DNA of 64,000 nt, taken from positions 25,792,001 through 25,856,000 of the forward strand of contig OX597841.1 of assembly GCA_951406725.2 (NCBI GenBank), in the 5' to 3' direction. Under the pieces are notes generated by a model. It saw only the letters and a program-made list of their open reading frames with translations, did no database searches and had not been told where the DNA came from. This stretch comes from Octopus vulgaris (Eukaryota). Shown here one piece after another: positions 1 to 14,719 of this stretch. The position numbers were made by a program, and so were the translations under genes. Each line of letters starts with the position of its first letter. Within the stretch, counting starts at the first letter, position 1.

Positions 1-159
1 ATACATACACAGATATAAACATATGTATATGTGTATATATGTATATGTGTATATATACATACATATATATATATACATATATATATATGTATATATATAT
101 ATACAAATATATATTTTTATATATGCACAAAATGTGCATATGTGCGTCTGTGTGTGTGT

Positions 160-207
<48 letters not shown>

Positions 208-486
208 GGATATAAGAACAGAAGTACAGAAATGTATGCGTATATGTATGAGTGTGTGTGTGTGTGTGTATAAGTATGTTACTATATACACGAGTGGATA
301 TACGAATACGTAAGCACGCACACACACAGATTCTATACACACACACACACACATATATGTATATATATATATATATATACACATATGCTTCTGTGTGTCG
401 CATGTGGTTGTAATTATCTGTAAAATATAAGTACATAAATGTGTATGTATGTATATAGCTATTATTATCTACAAACAAACATACAT

Positions 487-522
<36 letters not shown>

Positions 523-681
523 GAATAGGTTTCCGTAAGTATACACACGCATACACACAGACACGCACACACAGAAATACACATACGCACGCACACAGAT
601 ATACACCCATGTTTGTTTGAGAGTGTGAATACGTGCGTATGTGTGTGTACGTGCACCTATATACATATACATACATATATG

Positions 682-714
<33 letters not shown>

Positions 715-862
715 ACATACATACACATGTCGGTTGTGTAGTACAGCATGCGGCACACCATTGCCGCACGCCGTTACACACGAAATCTCTCTCTGCTCTA
801 CGCAAAACTGCATAATACTGTACCCTGTTTCACACAAGACTAAGAGGGCGTCCTGCACTTGG

Positions 863-2907
863 TTATCATCATCATCATTGTTCGACCGTGGTCGAGACAA
901 TGGAATTTACCATGTTTCGCCAGACTTCACGGTCCATCATGGCATTACGGAGGTCCTGTTGCTGGATGCCTGTATCCCTGGAGATTACATCAGGGTAGGA
1001 GAGTGTGCGCCCTCTGGTATTGCGAGTAGATGGCTTCCAGAGGAGAAGAGTAGAAATTACTTCTTTTTCAGCTCTGCAACAATGTCCAGCAAACTGGACC
1101 CTCCTACCTTTCACAAGAGATGACACAGGTGGTAGTTTCCCATATATTTGTACTTTGGTTGGATGACGCTTCCACGAGAGATTTTGAGCCCTCATAAGGA
1201 GGCGAGTGTAGGTTCCATCCAACCGCCTCTCAAGCTTCTTTGATAACGTCCAGGTTTCTGAGCCATAGAGTAGAATTGGTTCGACTGTGGTAGGATACCA
1301 TCATCATCATCATTGTTCGACTGTGGTCAAGACAATGGAATTTACCATGCTACGCAAGACTTCACGGTCCATCATGGCATTACGGAGGTCCTGTTGCTGG
1401 ATGCCTGTATCCCTGGAGATTACATCAGGGTAGGAGAGTGTGCACCCTCTGGTATTGCGAGTAGATGGCTTCCAGAGGAGAAGAATAGAAATTGCCTCGT
1501 TTTCAGCTCAACAACAATGTCCAGCAAACTGGACTCTCTTACCTTTCACAAGAGATGACACAGGTGGTAGTTTCCCATATATTTGCATTTTGGTTGGATG
1601 ACGCTTCCACGAGAGATTTTGAGCTCTCATAAGGAGGCGAGTGTAGGTTCCATCCAACCGCCTCTCAAGCCTCTTTGATAACGTCCAGGTTTCTGAGCCA
1701 TATAGTAAAATTGGTTCGACTGTGGTAGGATACCATCATCATCATCATTGTTCGACTGTGGTCAAGACAATGGAATTTACTATGTTACGCCAGACTTCAC
1801 GATCCATCATGGCATTACGGAGGTCCTGTTGCTGGATGCCTGTATCCCTGGAGATTACATCAGGGTAGGAGAGTGTGCGCCCTCTGGTATTGCGAGTAGA
1901 TGGCTTCCAGAGAAAGAGTAGAAATTACCTCGTTTTCAGCTCTACAACAATGTCCAGCAAACTGGACTCTTCTACCTTTCACAAGAGATGATATGTATGT
2001 ATATATATATATATATCATCACCATTATTGTTCGACTGTGGTCAAGACAATGGAATTTACTATGTTACGCCAGACTTCACGGTCCATCATGGCATTACGG
2101 AGGTCCTGTTGCTGGATGCCTGTATCCCTGGAGATTACATCAGGGTAGGAGAGTGTGCGCCCTCTGGTATTGCGAGTAGATGGCTTCCAGAGAAGAGTAG
2201 AAATGACTTCTTTTTCAGCTCTACAACAATGTCCAGCAAACTGGACTCTTCTACCTTTCACAAGAGATGATATGTATGTATGTATATATATATATCATCA
2301 CCATCATTGTTCGACCGTGGTGGAGACAATGGAATTTACCATGCTACGCCAGACTTCACGGTCCATCATGGCATTATGGAGGCCCTGTTGCTGGATGCCT
2401 GTATCCCTGGAGATCACATCAGGGTAGGAGAGTGTGAGCCCTCTGGTATCGCAAGTAGATGGTTTCCAGAGGAGAAGAGTAGAAATTACCTCGTTTTCAG
2501 CTCTACAACAATGTCCAGCAAACTGGACTCTTCTACCTTTCACAAGAGATGATATGTATGTATATATATATATCATCATCATTGTTCATGGAATTTACCA
2601 TGCTATGCCAGACTTCATGGTTCATCATGGCATTACGGAGGTCCTGTTGCTGGATGTCTGTATCCCTGGAGATTACATCAGGGTAGGAGAGTGTGCGCCC
2701 TCTGGTATTGCGAGTAGATGGCTTCCAGAGGAGAAGAGTAGAAATTACCTCGTGTTCAACTCTACAACAATGTCCAGCAAACTGGACTCTCCTACCTTTC
2801 ACAAGAGATGACACAGGTGGTAGTTTCCCATATATTTGCATTTTGGTTGGATGACGCCTCCACGAGAGATTTTGAGCTCCCATAAGGAGGCGAGTGTAAG
2901 TTCCATG
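863..2907 (-). mobile_element. Tandem array (6 units) of RTE-clade LINE 3' ends
   Basis: Minus-strand ORF pieces ...LDGTYTRLLMRAQNLSWKRHPTK...RRVQFAGHCCRAEKE...MMDREVWRNMVNSIVSTTVEQ* followed by a (TGA)n tail. Unit 3' ends near 878, 1311, 1746, 2026, 2305 and 2580. Confidence 0.85.
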
Positions 2908-3744
2908 CCATATGGTTATATGGTAGCTAGGTTTAGTTGAAATGCCAGCCAAACCTCCCTCAAATCACACCCTTATGTATATATAAGTGCCAAGTGCCAA
3001 CAAGGGTGCCCTGTACATGTAGCAGGACCCGGTAGAAACAGCAGTCAAATCTTCTTCATGAGCCGGGCATGGCTCGAGAAGGAACAAACAAACCTTGTAG
3101 AGGTCTCCGTCATTGGCTCATATAGACATACACACATACCTCCACACATACATAAATACATACAAACACATACATACATACACACATAAACATATCCATC
3201 CATCCATCCATCCATCCATCCATCCATCCATCCATACATACATACATACATACATACATACATACATACATACATACATACATACATACATACATACATA
3301 CATACATACATACATACATACATCCATCCATCCATCCATCCATCCATCCATCCATCCATACATACATACATACATACATACGTACATACATACATATATA
3401 CATACATACATACATACATACGTACATACATACGTACATACATACATACATACATACATACATACATACATACATACATACATACATACATACATACCAA
3501 TCTTGAGAAATCAGTCTTCTCAGAATCAGAAAAGAGAAAGGTAATTCGAAGACTACAGATCCAAGCCATCACCGGAACTGTAAAGATCTGTGAAACTTTT
3601 CAGAAGTTTATCATTTAAATATATATGAGCATGTCTAAGATATACAACTATATGCATGAGAATATATACATAAAGCAAAACATACAAATCTGCACATATA
3701 TACATACATACATACATACATACATACATACATGCATACATACA

Positions 3745-4290
3745 TAAGAGAGTAGGGTGTGATTTGAGGGAGATTTGGCTGCTATTTCTCATAGACCTAA
3801 CTACTATATAGAGGTCTCTCTCATTGGCTCATACACAGATATATACATAAGACACTAACGGTTAGCATGGTTGCCTTCCAAGCGGCCGATCCGGGTTCGA
3901 CTCCCGGCCGACGCAGGCGATAGCTTTTAATAAAGAAATAATATACATAAGACATTAAGATGTGATTTGAGGGAGATTTGGCTGCTATTTCTACCAGACC
4001 TAACTGCCATGGAGAGATCTCCCTCATTGGCTCATACACAGATACATAAGACATTAGGTTGTGATCCGAGGGAGATTTGGCTGCTATTTCTCATAGACCT
4101 AACTACTATATAGAGGTCTCTCTCATTGGCTCATACACAAATATATACATAAGACAGTAGGGTGTGATTTGAGGGAGATTTGGCTGCTATTTCTACCAGA
4201 CCTAACTGCCACGGAGAGATCTCCCTCATTGGCTCATACACACATACGTACATGTACAAGACAGCAAGGTATAATTGGAGGGCGATTTGA
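3745..4290 (+). repeat. ~100-bp minisatellite (about 5 units), TE-derived
   Basis: Recurring GGTGTGATTTGAGGGAGATTTGGCTGCTATTTCT...CTCATTGGCTCATACACA. An inverted partial copy lies near 2945-2973. Confidence 0.8.
3856..3915 (+). pseudogene. 5'-truncated tRNA-Gly(TCC)
   Basis: D-loop remnant CGGTTAGC; anticodon arm GTTGC-CT TCC AA-GCGGC (anticodon 3877-3879); T arm CCGGG-TTCGACT-CCCGG; 3' acceptor strand CCGACGCA; TTTT at 3925-3928. The 5' acceptor strand is absent. Confidence 0.85.
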
Positions 4291-4552
4291 CTGCTATTTC
4301 TGTCACTTCTCTCTTCTTGTTATTTTCATTGCCATTATTTTCGTTGATGTTGTTCCTCTTGTTGTTGTCGTTAATTACCCAGTGACTGGACTGTCTAAAT
4401 CTGCCTTGTTCAGACATCAGAGAGGATTAAATAATTTAATCCCGTTGTTCACCAGACTCTCTGTCTGTCGATAGATCGACACAGATTGTCTGTCTCCCTG
4501 CCTGTCTGTCGGTCTGTCAATGTGTCTGCCTATATATTTATGTTTATCTATG

Positions 4553-4611
<59 letters not shown>

Positions 4612-4780
4612 GTCTGTGCGTCTGTTTGTCTGTCAGTCTATTCATCTGTCTGTCTGTCTATCTATTCATCTGTGTGTCTGTCTATCTATCTATCTATTCA
4701 TCTGTCTATCTGTCTATCTATTCATCTGTCTGTCTATCTATCTATTCATCTGTCTGTCTATCTATCTATTCATCTGTCTG

Positions 4781-4813
<33 letters not shown>

Positions 4814-5049
4814 GTTTCTCTGTCTGTCTGACTGACTTTCTGTCTCTCTCTCTCTATCTATCTATCTATCTTCCTCTCTCTGTCTGACTGACTGTCTGTC
4901 TGTCTATTTGTCTGTCTATCTTTCTTTGTCTATCTATCTGTCTGTCTGTCCATCCATCCATCCATCCATCTATCTATCTATCTGTCTGTGTTTCTGTCTG
5001 TGTTTAGCCCCTTGTGGGTAGTAAAGAAACAGATAAGGGGTAGGACTGG

Positions 5050-5420
5050 ACAGATACGGTATTTTTAGGGCTTTTACCGTGAAAGGGAACATTTTCTCCA
5101 CGGTAACTGCAAACACACACACACACATTTGTTCCTTCTCGATCCATGCCTGGTTCATAATGGCCGGTTTCCCGGTTTCCTTGGCGTATAGGTTCCCCAC
5201 CTGGACGGGACACCGGTCCGTCACAGGTGAGCTGCAAGATGCAGGAGGTAAGAGTGAGAGAAAGTTGTGGCGGAAGAGTCAGCAGAAGTTCGCCATTACC
5301 TTCAGCCGGGGCCTCGTGGAGCTTAGGTGTTTCGCTCATAAACACTCACATCGCCCGGTCTGAGATTCGAATCCGCGATCCCTCGACCGCTGCTCTAACC
5401 ACTAGGCCATTTGCATCCAC
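5050..5420 (-). mobile_element. tRNA-derived SINE, family B head with an alternative 3' tail
   Basis: Reverse complement of 5240-5420 matches the head and body of 36821-37010, but 5050-5235 differs from the family B tail. Confidence 0.7.
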
Positions 5421-5634
5421 CACACACACACATATATAAATATACGACGGGCTTCTTTCAGCTTCCGTCTACTGAATCCACTCAGTAGGCTTTGGTCGGC
5501 CGGAGGCTATAATAGAAGACACTTGCCTTAGGTGTCACGCAGTGGAACTGAACCCGGAACCATGTGATTGGGAAGCAAGTTTCTTACCACAGAGCCACGC
5601 CTATATATACACATAAATACACACACACACACAC

Positions 5635-5679
<45 letters not shown>

Positions 5680-6909
5680 AACCTTTACATAAATAAATAG
5701 CATGAAATACACGAAGTGACGAACAAAAAGACAAACGGGTCATTCAAAGCCTTCATTCTTCAGTCAGAAACTGATCCCTCATCGCAGATTTCGGCTGTTT
5801 AATTCTGATTATATATATACATATATACGACGGGCTTCTTTCAGTTTTGTCTACAAAATCCACTCACAAGGCTTATAGTAGAAGACCCATGCCGAAGGTG
5901 CCACGCAGTGGGACTGAACCCGGAACCATGTGGTTCTTAGCAACCCCCACTCCTATGCCTATACACACACACACATACATGTGTGTATACATATATATAC
6001 ACACACACACATATATACATATAATCAAATATATATATACGCATACACACACATATATATATAAACAAATATATATATATATATATATATATACACGCAC
6101 ACACACACATATGTATGTGTGAGTGTGTGTGTATATATACACAAAAGGTTTGCGTGCTTCATTGCATATTTATGTGTATATATGTTTCTGTATGCGAATG
6201 TTTGGACATTCAAAGTGTCCAACAAACATGTCAGCCATTGGCCGTTCCAAGAAATAAAGATGGCGGGAGTCAATGGTAAAATGTTAACGTGGCTCATATA
6301 TCATGTTTATGATTTTGCGGTTGAATGTCGTGCATGTAAATATATAGATGTGTTTGTTAGGGTGTGTGTGTATGTTACTATTTTATGTAGGTGTGTATAT
6401 GTGTGTGTGTGTGTAGCAAAATCGAGAATGACCGAGATGACCTGGAGAGAATGTCTTTATCAGTATATATTTACATTCATGCACACACACATACACACAC
6501 TCACACACACAAATACACATGCGCTTATATGTATGTAAGTATGTAAATGTGTGTGTGTGTGTGTGTGACCACATAGATCACACAGAGGTCGATACATAAG
6601 CATACTTTTACACGAATATATATACATTTATACAGTATATATTTACATTCATGCACACACACATACACACACTCACACACACAAATACACATGCGCTTAT
6701 ATGTATGTAAGTATGTAAATATGTGTGTGTGTGTGTGTGACCACATAGATCACACAGAGGTCGATACATAAGCATACTTTTACACGAATATATATACATT
6801 TATACATATATATGTAATATATATGTATTATATTTATGTGTATTATATTTATGTGTATATATATATATATATATATATGCTTGTGGGTGTATATGTATGT
6901 CTAATTATA

Positions 6910-6957
<48 letters not shown>

Positions 6958-7443
6958 TAGATAGATCATGCATATATATATCATAGCTGTATATGTACCA
7001 AAACATAACCATACATACACACTCACACGCACACACACACACGTATATGCTCTGTATACCCTCACGCATATGACACAACGGAAGAAATACAGTATCAGGT
7101 ATCAAATACACACTACATATTCTTATAATGTACACACACACACACACACACGTCTATGACCACGTGCCAATATATGCATCTACACATACACACATACGTG
7201 TACACACACACACACGTGTACACACACACATACGTGTACACACACACACACGTGTACACAAATGCACGGAAAACTCTAAGATTATCCATCAACACGATTC
7301 TGTCATGAATCATTCAACCCATCCACCCCACACCCCACCCTACAGCTATTTCATCGCAGAAATACACCCGACCATGTCACCTACCCACCCGCTCGGTGTG
7401 ATGCAGACTGTCAGTCATACAGAGACATAGATAGATAGGTAGT

Positions 7444-7545
<102 letters not shown>

Positions 7546-7589
7546 TATAGATAGACAGATAGATAGATAGATAGATAGATAGATATCAT

Positions 7590-7640
<51 letters not shown>

Positions 7641-7644
7641 TCAT

Positions 7645-7726
<82 letters not shown>

Positions 7727-7728
<2 letters not shown>

Positions 7729-7870
7729 ATTTCTTTATTGGCCACACAGGGCAAGACACAGAAAGGACAATTACAATGTAGACTTTCTCTTTTTGAGGGG
7801 GGCGAAAACAAAGAAAAAAAAAACGAAATTAGGGATAACGATCAAAAGGGATCGAAATCGTTGGGGATAT
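7727..7870 (-). mobile_element. L1/Tx1-like LINE 3' end abutting (GATA)n
   Basis: Reverse complement reads CCCTGTGTGGCCAATAAAGAAA followed by (CTAT)n; same terminus as the copies at 12756, 13327 and 30095. Confidence 0.6.
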
Positions 7871-7984
7871 AATACAAAAAATTCCCAAGAAATTTAATTG
7901 TTCAATTAAATGAAGCAGCTTGAAACGATCGTACTGCTTTACCTCCGGTTATCCTTGTTACTTATTTCGAGTATATATATACTC

Positions 7985-8201
7985 TTTTTATTCTTTTACT
8001 TGTTTCAGTCATTTGACTGCGGCCATGCTGGAGCACCGCCTTTAATCGAGCAACTCGACCCCGGGACTTATTCTTTTGTAAGCCCAGTACTTATTCTATC
8101 GGTCTCTTTTGCTGAACCGCTAATTAACGGGGACATAAACACACCAGCATCGGTTGTCAAGCAATGCTAGGGGGACAAACACAGACACACAAACACACAC
8201 A

Positions 8202-8263
<62 letters not shown>

Positions 8264-8341
8264 CACGACGGGCTTCTTTCAGTTTCCGTCTAACAAATCC
8301 ACTCACAAGGCATTGGTCGGCCCGGGGCTATAGTAGAAGAC
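7985..8341 (-). mobile_element. SINE family A (abundant tRNA-derived, CORE-like motif), 5'-truncated
   Basis: Matches the reverse complement of the full copy at 54684-55108. Confidence 0.85.
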
Positions 8342-8466
8342 ATAAAAGTTTCAACCTTTATAAACAAGGAGTTACAACATCTTTACTTGTGAGATTGTTG
8401 CTGCCCTGGTAACTATTTATTTATTTTTCCGTGTTAATTGTTAACATAGGTAAAAATACACTCATC

Positions 8467-8524
<58 letters not shown>

Positions 8525-8802
8525 CTTGTTTCAGTCAAGGTTTGAAAATGTTTTAGTAGAAGAAATAAACAATATTTGTTTTAAACCGTTGCCTCTAGTT
8601 TACCGAACAGCTAAGTTGAGGAGAGTAAACACACCAACACCGGTTGTCAAGCGGTAAGATTGAGAAACAGTAACATTAAAAGTATCATTGAAAGTATGAT
8701 ACTTTCAATGTTACTTTTGACAAAGGCTTTTCGGCCCAAAGGGAAGTGAAACCGGTGGTTAGTAAATAAACATCGTTTAAATTGCATTTTCAAACCTTTT
8801 TT

Positions 8803-8872
<70 letters not shown>

Positions 8873-9042
8873 GTTTATAAAGTCATTTGTCCTTGTTTTG
8901 TACACATTCGCTGTTTTTACAAGGAATCTAATAGTCCTAGCTTAGTTTTTCCTTGGAGCTGGCCAGATTGGAGCAATCATGAGTATAACCAGCCAAAAAC
9001 GTCACGTGAGTGGCTATGGTAGACAGAAACTGAACAAAAACT

Positions 9043-9081
<39 letters not shown>

Positions 9082-9436
9082 TTTACTTGTTATAAATATG
9101 ACTGAAACATGTAATGGAGTAAGGAGTATATATATATATATTCAAATGGCAAATATACGTCACGATATTTGTTTTAAACCTGCCGCTCTAGTTTGCCGAA
9201 CAGCTAAGTTGAGGAGACGTAAACACACCAACACCGGTTGTCAAGCGGTAAGGCTGAGGAAACACGGACACAAAGACACGTAGATACATATATACATATA
9301 TGGCGGGCTTCTTTTTAATCTCCGTCTACAAACTGCACCCAAAAGGCTTTGGTCGGCCCAAGGTGCCAGGGATTATGACTGAACCTGGAACCATGTGGTT
9401 AGGAAGAAAATTTCTTACCACACAGCCACACCTGCG

Positions 9437-9499
<63 letters not shown>

Positions 9500-9844
9500 G
9501 TTTATAAAGCTTTTTCCGTCCTTGTTTTAGTACACATTCGCTGTTTTCTTACAAGGAATCTAATAGTCCTAGCTTAGCTTTTCCTTAGGGCTGGCCAGAT
9601 TGGAGCAATCACGAGTATAAACAGCCAAAATTGCAAAGATACTCTGGAACTCGACTGAAGAAAGAAAACTCTGAATCACCCGTCCTTGTTTTCTTTGTAT
9701 CGTCTGTCCTGATCTTTTGCGTTCTTATGCCATTTTTGTATTTTTTATATATAAAAAAACAGCACGTACGTACACGTTGGTCTCTTATATAAGTCAGGAC
9801 GCCATGATTAGATTGTTAGCCGCGTGTGTACCGTTGGCGATTTT

Positions 9845-10010
9845 TTTCCCTCTGTCTTCCCTTCTCTGGATCTTTCCTTCTTCTATGTTTCCGACGAAGA
9901 GCTCCGCTCGAAACGTTAAACCCTCCTTCTTTCCTGAGCGTCCAATTATACTATACTTGTTCTACGTCCTCGCGTTGTTGTGTTTTTTGGTGCTTTCTTG
10001 TTTAGATTAA
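9845..10010 (+). mobile_element. Penelope-like fragment with a hammerhead-like motif (CCGACGA variant)
   Basis: GTTT-CCGACGA-A-GAGC-TCC-GCTC-GAAA-CG-TT-AAAC at 9887-9921; same family as 42170-42345. Confidence 0.65.
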
Positions 10011-10013
10011 CTT

Positions 10014-10075
<62 letters not shown>

Positions 10076-10404
10076 AGAAAAAAATCTATCAGAAAGGAAC
10101 TCTATCTCTCTTAAAAAAATATCTTTTGATAAGCATAACAAATGCGCAACCGGTAAAAAGAACTTTCACCTAATTAAACACACTCTCCCTTACTTAAATT
10201 ATTTTGTCAGCATTTTCTTCATTTCCCTTTTTATATATATATAAGCTTCTTTCAGTTTCCGTCTACCAAACCCAGACCCCAGGAATTGGTAGGCCTGTCG
10301 CTATAGAAGAGACGTGTCCACGGTGCCACACAGTGGGACTGAACCACAGAACCAGGTGGATGGGAAGCAATCTTCTTTTTACCACAAAACCAAGCTTTCT
10401 CCTA

Positions 10405-10442
<38 letters not shown>

Positions 10443-10805
10443 TACACAAACATACACAAACATAAACATATACACCTACATGCACTCACACACACAGATG
10501 GACATCTTCTGGTCAGCTGGCATGAACTTACTTTTATCTTAAGGACGAAGCTTCAGCGCTTAAATCTTTCATTATCAACACAATTTGGTTGCTTCCTGTG
10601 CTAATGAAACGCCATTACGACAACGACGACGACCACCACCACCGCTGCCGCCACCGCCACCTCCACCATTTCTACTACTACTGCTGCTGCTGTTTTTTTT
10701 TATTTATTTCGGTGGTCTTAATTTATTAATTAATCAATTCGATAATTTATTTATATTCCGAGTTGTTACTCTTTCTTTTGCGTGCTTGTTTTTGTTTGTG
10801 TGCGC

Positions 10806-10864
<59 letters not shown>

Positions 10865-10886
10865 CGTGTGTGTGTGTGTGTCTGCA

Positions 10887-10979
<93 letters not shown>

Positions 10980-11160
10980 CCATGTATGCATACATACACA
11001 CACACGTCAACATATATATTTACATTGACACACACACACATACATATGCGTGTATGTGTAATTGTTTATATATATATATGTATATATATATCTATATATA
11101 CATACATGTATATATACATATGTATACATACGCATATATAAACACATACACACATAAATA

Positions 11161-11203
<43 letters not shown>

Positions 11204-11206
11204 ATT

Positions 11207-11253
<47 letters not shown>

Positions 11254-11330
11254 AACACACACATGTATATATCGAGAGAGAGAGAGGAGATATATAGACA
11301 AATATAAAACTACATATATAAACATAAGAT

Positions 11331-11363
<33 letters not shown>

Positions 11364-11379
11364 CACACTCACACACATA

Positions 11380-11431
<52 letters not shown>

Positions 11432-11595
11432 ATATACACATACGTACAAATATCTAGATATAAAACACACAAACACACATAGTCACACATACACGCACAT
11501 ACATATACACACACTCATACACACATACATACATACTCATACGTTATACAGAAATATGTTTGTGTGTGCGTGTGCATGTGTGTGTGTCTACGCCT

Positions 11596-11638
<43 letters not shown>

Positions 11639-11644
11639 TACGCC

Positions 11645-11683
<39 letters not shown>

Positions 11684-11846
11684 CTACGCCTCTGTGTGTG
11701 TGTGTGTATGTGTGTGTGTGTGTGCGTGTGTGTGTCTACGCCTCTGTGTGTGTATTTATGTGTGTGTGTGTCTACGCCTCTGTGCGCATGCATGTGTGTG
11801 TGTGTGTGTGTCTACGCCTCTGTGCGTGTGCATGTGTGTGCGTGTG

Positions 11847-11892
<46 letters not shown>

Positions 11893-12411
11893 TAAGTTTT
11901 ATATAACAGAATCCGTTGCCTTTTGTATCCAGAATAAAAAAAAAAAATAAAGGCGGAGATTGACAGAAATAAATAAAAAAAAGAAAAACAAAAGAAGAAA
12001 AAATAAAAACAAAAAACAAAAAAAAAACAATAATAAAAAAAACCCCGCAAACTGATCAAAAAACACAATGTCCTCAAGAAACACCAGCTGTTTTCAAACG
12101 CTGACTTGTGTTGGACCGGAAGTTGGGTTTGTCCGTTTCTTACTCTACCTGTCTTTTCCTGTCTTTAGCCGTCTCTCAGTCACTCCCATTCTTTGTCAAA
12201 CACACGTACGTAACCACGCACGCATACACACACACACACACACACGCACGCATGCACACACACACACACACACACATGCACGCACGCACGCACACACATA
12301 CACACACAAATGTTTATAAATGGACGTATGCTTGTTTGTATGTAACTAGAGCTTAGAGATAGCTAGCTAGCTAGATAGTTAGACAGAGAGACAGATAGAC
12401 AGACAGATAGG

Positions 12412-12467
<56 letters not shown>

Positions 12468-12468
12468 C

Positions 12469-12539
<71 letters not shown>

Positions 12540-12645
12540 TAGATAGATAGACAGATAGATAGATTGATAGATAGATAGATAGATAGACAGACAGAGAGAT
12601 AGATTGTTAGACAGAGACAGATAGACAGACAGATAGGTAGATAGA

Positions 12646-12729
<84 letters not shown>

Positions 12730-12755
12730 TAGATAGATAGATAGATAGATAGATA

Positions 12756-13169
12756 TGTTTCTTTATTAGCCACACAGGGCTGCACACAGATAGAACAAAT
12801 TACAAGGTAGAGCTTTTCTTTTGAAGGTTTAAAAAAAAAAAAAAAAAAAAAAGGAAGGGGGAGTTTCGATCAAAAGGGATCGTAAAAGGAGAGAAAGAGG
12901 ACAAAAAAAGGGGGGTTAAAAAAAAAGGGGGAGAGGAAAAAAAAAAAAAAAAAAAAATTGATCAATAGGGATCGTTATCACAGAAATGTCAATATGAATT
13001 GTAAAGGGGAGGACAGGTGAGGTTTACCCGTGGAAAGAAAAGCCTACGGAAAAGACCACGGTAACCTCGGTCAATGAAGTCACATTTTATATTCCTTTTT
13101 TTATTTTTTTTTTTTTATAGATAGATAGATAGTTAAACAGAGAGACAGATAGACAGATAGATAGATTGA

Positions 13170-13205
<36 letters not shown>

Positions 13206-13815
13206 TAGATAGATAGACAGATAGATAGATAGATAGATTGATAGATAGATAGATAGATAGACAGATAGATTGATAGATAGATAGATAGATAGACAGGCAG
13301 ATAGATAGATAGATAGATAGACAGATATGTTTATTAGCCACACAGGGCTGCACACAGACGGAACAGATTACAAAGTAGAGCTTTTCTTTTGGGGGGAGAG
13401 AAAAAAAATGGTGGGGGTAGGTTTTCGATCAAAAGGAATCGTAAAAGAGAAAGAAGAAAAAAAAGGAAAATAGACAAAAGAAAGAAAAACGATAAATAGG
13501 GATCATGTATCACAGCGTCATGCTGTAAAGTGTAAAGGAGGAAGCAAATCAGGTTTTTCCGTGGGAAGAAAAGCCTACGGAAAAAGACCACGGTAACCTT
13601 GGTCAATATTGTTATATGTTACCACATTTGTTTGCAAGTAGGTAACCCTCTGTTTTAAATTTTCCGGGTTCATAGGATTATGCTCAAGGTGGCTTCGTCA
13701 TTCATGATTGCCATCCTTGCTACATTCACCCATCTGTTTTTTGAAACATTCGCTAGACAAAATTTGCCTCTCTACTCTCACTTTCCTTTTCAAGTGATAC
13801 TTGAAGAAGTTAAGA
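12756..13815 (-). mobile_element. Two tandem L1/Tx1-like 3' fragments embedded in (GATA)n
   Basis: Two copies (12756-13090, 13327-13815) with AATAAA then (CTAT)n. The longer copy carries a degraded ORF end (FKYHLKRKVRVERQILSSECFKK...). Confidence 0.6.
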
Positions 13816-14091
13816 CAGATAGACGGATAGACAGACAGATATATAGATAGATAGACAGACAGGTAGATAAGCGCAAGCGAAGCTGTGTGGTAAGAAGTTT
13901 GCTTCCCAACCACATGGTTCCGGGTTCAATCCCACTGTGAGGTACCTCAGGCAAGTGCCTTCTAGCATAGTCCTAGCCGACAAATGTTACGTGAGTAGCT
14001 ATGGTAGACAGAAACTGAACAAAAACTCACACCGAAGATTATATATATATATATATGTTCTCCATGTAATGGAGTAAGGAGTATATATATA

Positions 14092-14466
14092 TATTCAAAT
14101 GGCAAATATACGTCACGATGTGTTGCTGCTACTGTTTATAACTCGCTCTGAGATTTATCTTTGTTTGATTACACTTTTTCAATATCAGTGTCAATCGATA
14201 CTGGAAACAGTATATGTATTTGTGAAGGGAACCTACTTCTCATCGACAACTATGATTGTCACACGCCGATGACGGGTCAATACCCTGAAACTCGAGTCCG
14301 TGTGTGTGTCATAAGTTGAAGACGGGAAGGATGGCTTCCCTTTGCAAATACTGATAGGGCGCAGAAAGTGTGTCTATAGCCAGCTGGAGGAGGTGTCCTC
14401 CTGGGGCTACAAACTACAGTAGCATCCACCCTTAGGGGTTAGCCATATTCAAATGGCAAATATACG

Positions 14467-14471
<5 letters not shown>
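14092..14471 (+). mobile_element. Penelope-like fragment with a hammerhead-like motif
   Basis: CACACG-CCGATGA-CGGGT-CAAT-ACCCT-GAAA-CTCGAG-TC-CGTGTG at 14260-14304, bracketed by the direct repeat ATATTCAAATGGCAAATATACGTCAC. Confidence 0.6.
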
Positions 14472-14526
<55 letters not shown>

Positions 14527-14719
14527 TATACATGCTTTCTTCCAAGGAATTTAGTTCTCCTAGCTTAGTATTTTCTTGGGGCTGGCCAGATTGGAGCAAT
14601 CTCGAGTATAACCAGCCGAAATTGCAAAGATACTATGGAACTCGACTGAGGAAAGAAAACTCCGAATGACGCGTCCTTGTTTTCTTTGTATCGTCTATCT
14701 GGATGTTTTGCGTTCTTAT

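Noticed and set aside
6237-6266. ATTGG plus AAGATGGCGG (CCAAT/YY1-like promoter)
   Set aside because: Short motifs expected by chance, with no associated exon recognisable.
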